This document shows, piece by piece, positions 23,027 through 24,337 of a stretch of 24,337 bases of DNA; within the stretch, counting starts at the first letter, position 1, and each line of letters begins with the position of its first letter. The stretch is from Lepidodermella squamata. Taxonomy: Eukaryota; Animalia; Gastrotricha. The position numbers and the translations under genes are program-made. The stretch is taken from NCBI GenBank assembly GCA_047495785.1, contig JBLDXI010000140.1, positions 1-24,337 on the forward strand, in the 5' to 3' direction. The notes beneath the pieces were generated by a model, which was not told the DNA's origin, searched no databases, and saw only the letters and a list, made by a program, of their open reading frames with translations.

Positions 23027-24337
23027 TCATATATATATATATATATACGAAACAATTTGACTAAAAAACACAAAAACATATAAATTCAATTTTTTATTAT
23101 GATTTTTCAAATATATATCGGATAAATACTATAACTAAGTGTCAATACATTAAATAATAATAACACAAATATTTTTTCTTACAAGTTACAAGGAATGCAC
23201 ATTAAAGCGTAGATTTTAGAGACAATACCGCTAATTATATTTTTTGGTAATCGTTTGTTAACTTGGATTCTGAGGCAGTTACAACTCGAGGCCCAATGTT
23301 GTGGCTTTGTTAGCTTTTTAGTCGCGATATATTTCTTTACACAGACAGCACAAATGAAGAAGAATAGTAATTATTAAATTATAATAAAAAAATCAGAAAA
23401 ATATACCGGACAAACTGATGCAAGTTGATGTATGGACGATGTTAATATATATTAAACCAGTCAATCATCATCATCATGCAAGACATTGCAATGGCTCAGC
23501 AGCACATATTATAACTGTGGAACACTTCGAATTTTTCACGGGATCTTATAATTATAATCGTGTTGCTAACACCTACCCAAAGAAAATGGAGCAAAAACGA
23601 ATGCACATAATGAATAGTGTATATTATTAGATTATCAATCACCAGATAAATAACCGAATTTTTCTGTTTCCCAGAGAGAAGACAAGAATGTGCGAAGAAA
23701 TTTTTCAAGTCAGCTTTTCAAGTCAAATAACACTCACACAACCGAAGCAAATCATCACGCTCACAGTTGATTAATGCTTTTTCAATTTTTAAAATCATGA
23801 TTACGATATATAATACGGTAATACAAGAGCAATTTTTCCCATTTGTTATACACAACAACCAGAAGAACCAATAACAGAACGAGGTGAGCGAAGGCCGGAA
23901 AACCAACCTGTCTTGAATAGATATTTCTGATAATTCGGTGGTAAAACCTCCCACGAGACCATCGTTCTCATCAGCCCGTCATAAATAACAATAACAGAGA
24001 TAGATAGCGAGAAAATAATTATTATTAGGTGTGTTTTCGTTCATTCAAAGGTCAAATCAATCGCTTTTGAAAAGCTGCAAGTTTTCGGAAGAGGTGGTGG
24101 TGGTGGTGAAATTTCTCAATGACCCATAAACAACACCTGAAACTCAACAATAAATAAGATTATAAACATGCGATAGTTAATTTAACGGCCCACGCCAATA
24201 AACAATGAAATCTGATGATAATAAAATGGCCTGAGAAAAGATAGGGAAATGAGTTAGACCACACTCTACTCAGATTATTATATTATATAATCGTCGATTT
24301 CTCAACGATCCGTCCAAACACCACAAAATAAATTTCT

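Larger units (their letters stand above)
16564..24337. repeat. Right arm of the large inverted duplication (runs to the window end)
   Basis: Reverse complement of 6329-14111; the last bases aataaatttct mirror agaaatttatt at 6329. Confidence 0.98.

Overview
Eukaryotic (invertebrate animal-like) genomic DNA with AT-rich introns and GC-richer exons; nothing prokaryotic. The unique left part (1-6328) holds the 3' end of a coatomer zeta (COPZ) gene, a complete Rab6 gene and a divergent CNC-family (Nrf/Cnc-like) bZIP gene. The rest is one large inverted duplication: a left arm (6329-14111) and a right arm (16564 to the window end, 24337) around a 2,452-bp unique spacer. Each arm carries a two-exon KANSL2 gene whose ~3.4-kb intron contains a decayed Mutator-like (MULE) transposase, plus a TA-flanked non-autonomous DNA transposon. 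The spacer carries a minimal type I hammerhead ribozyme motif of the Penelope-element kind, a 275-bp MITE and an orphan ~436-codon terminal exon. The left arm contains ACACATCTCGTGAGAGT at 10555-10571, absent from the right arm, which I recall as PacBio barcode bc1003 plus the overhang T. That points to library sequence in the assembly, so the palindrome may be a fold-back or assembly artefact. Only raw reads can settle this. All homology calls come from motif recognition by eye, not database searches.
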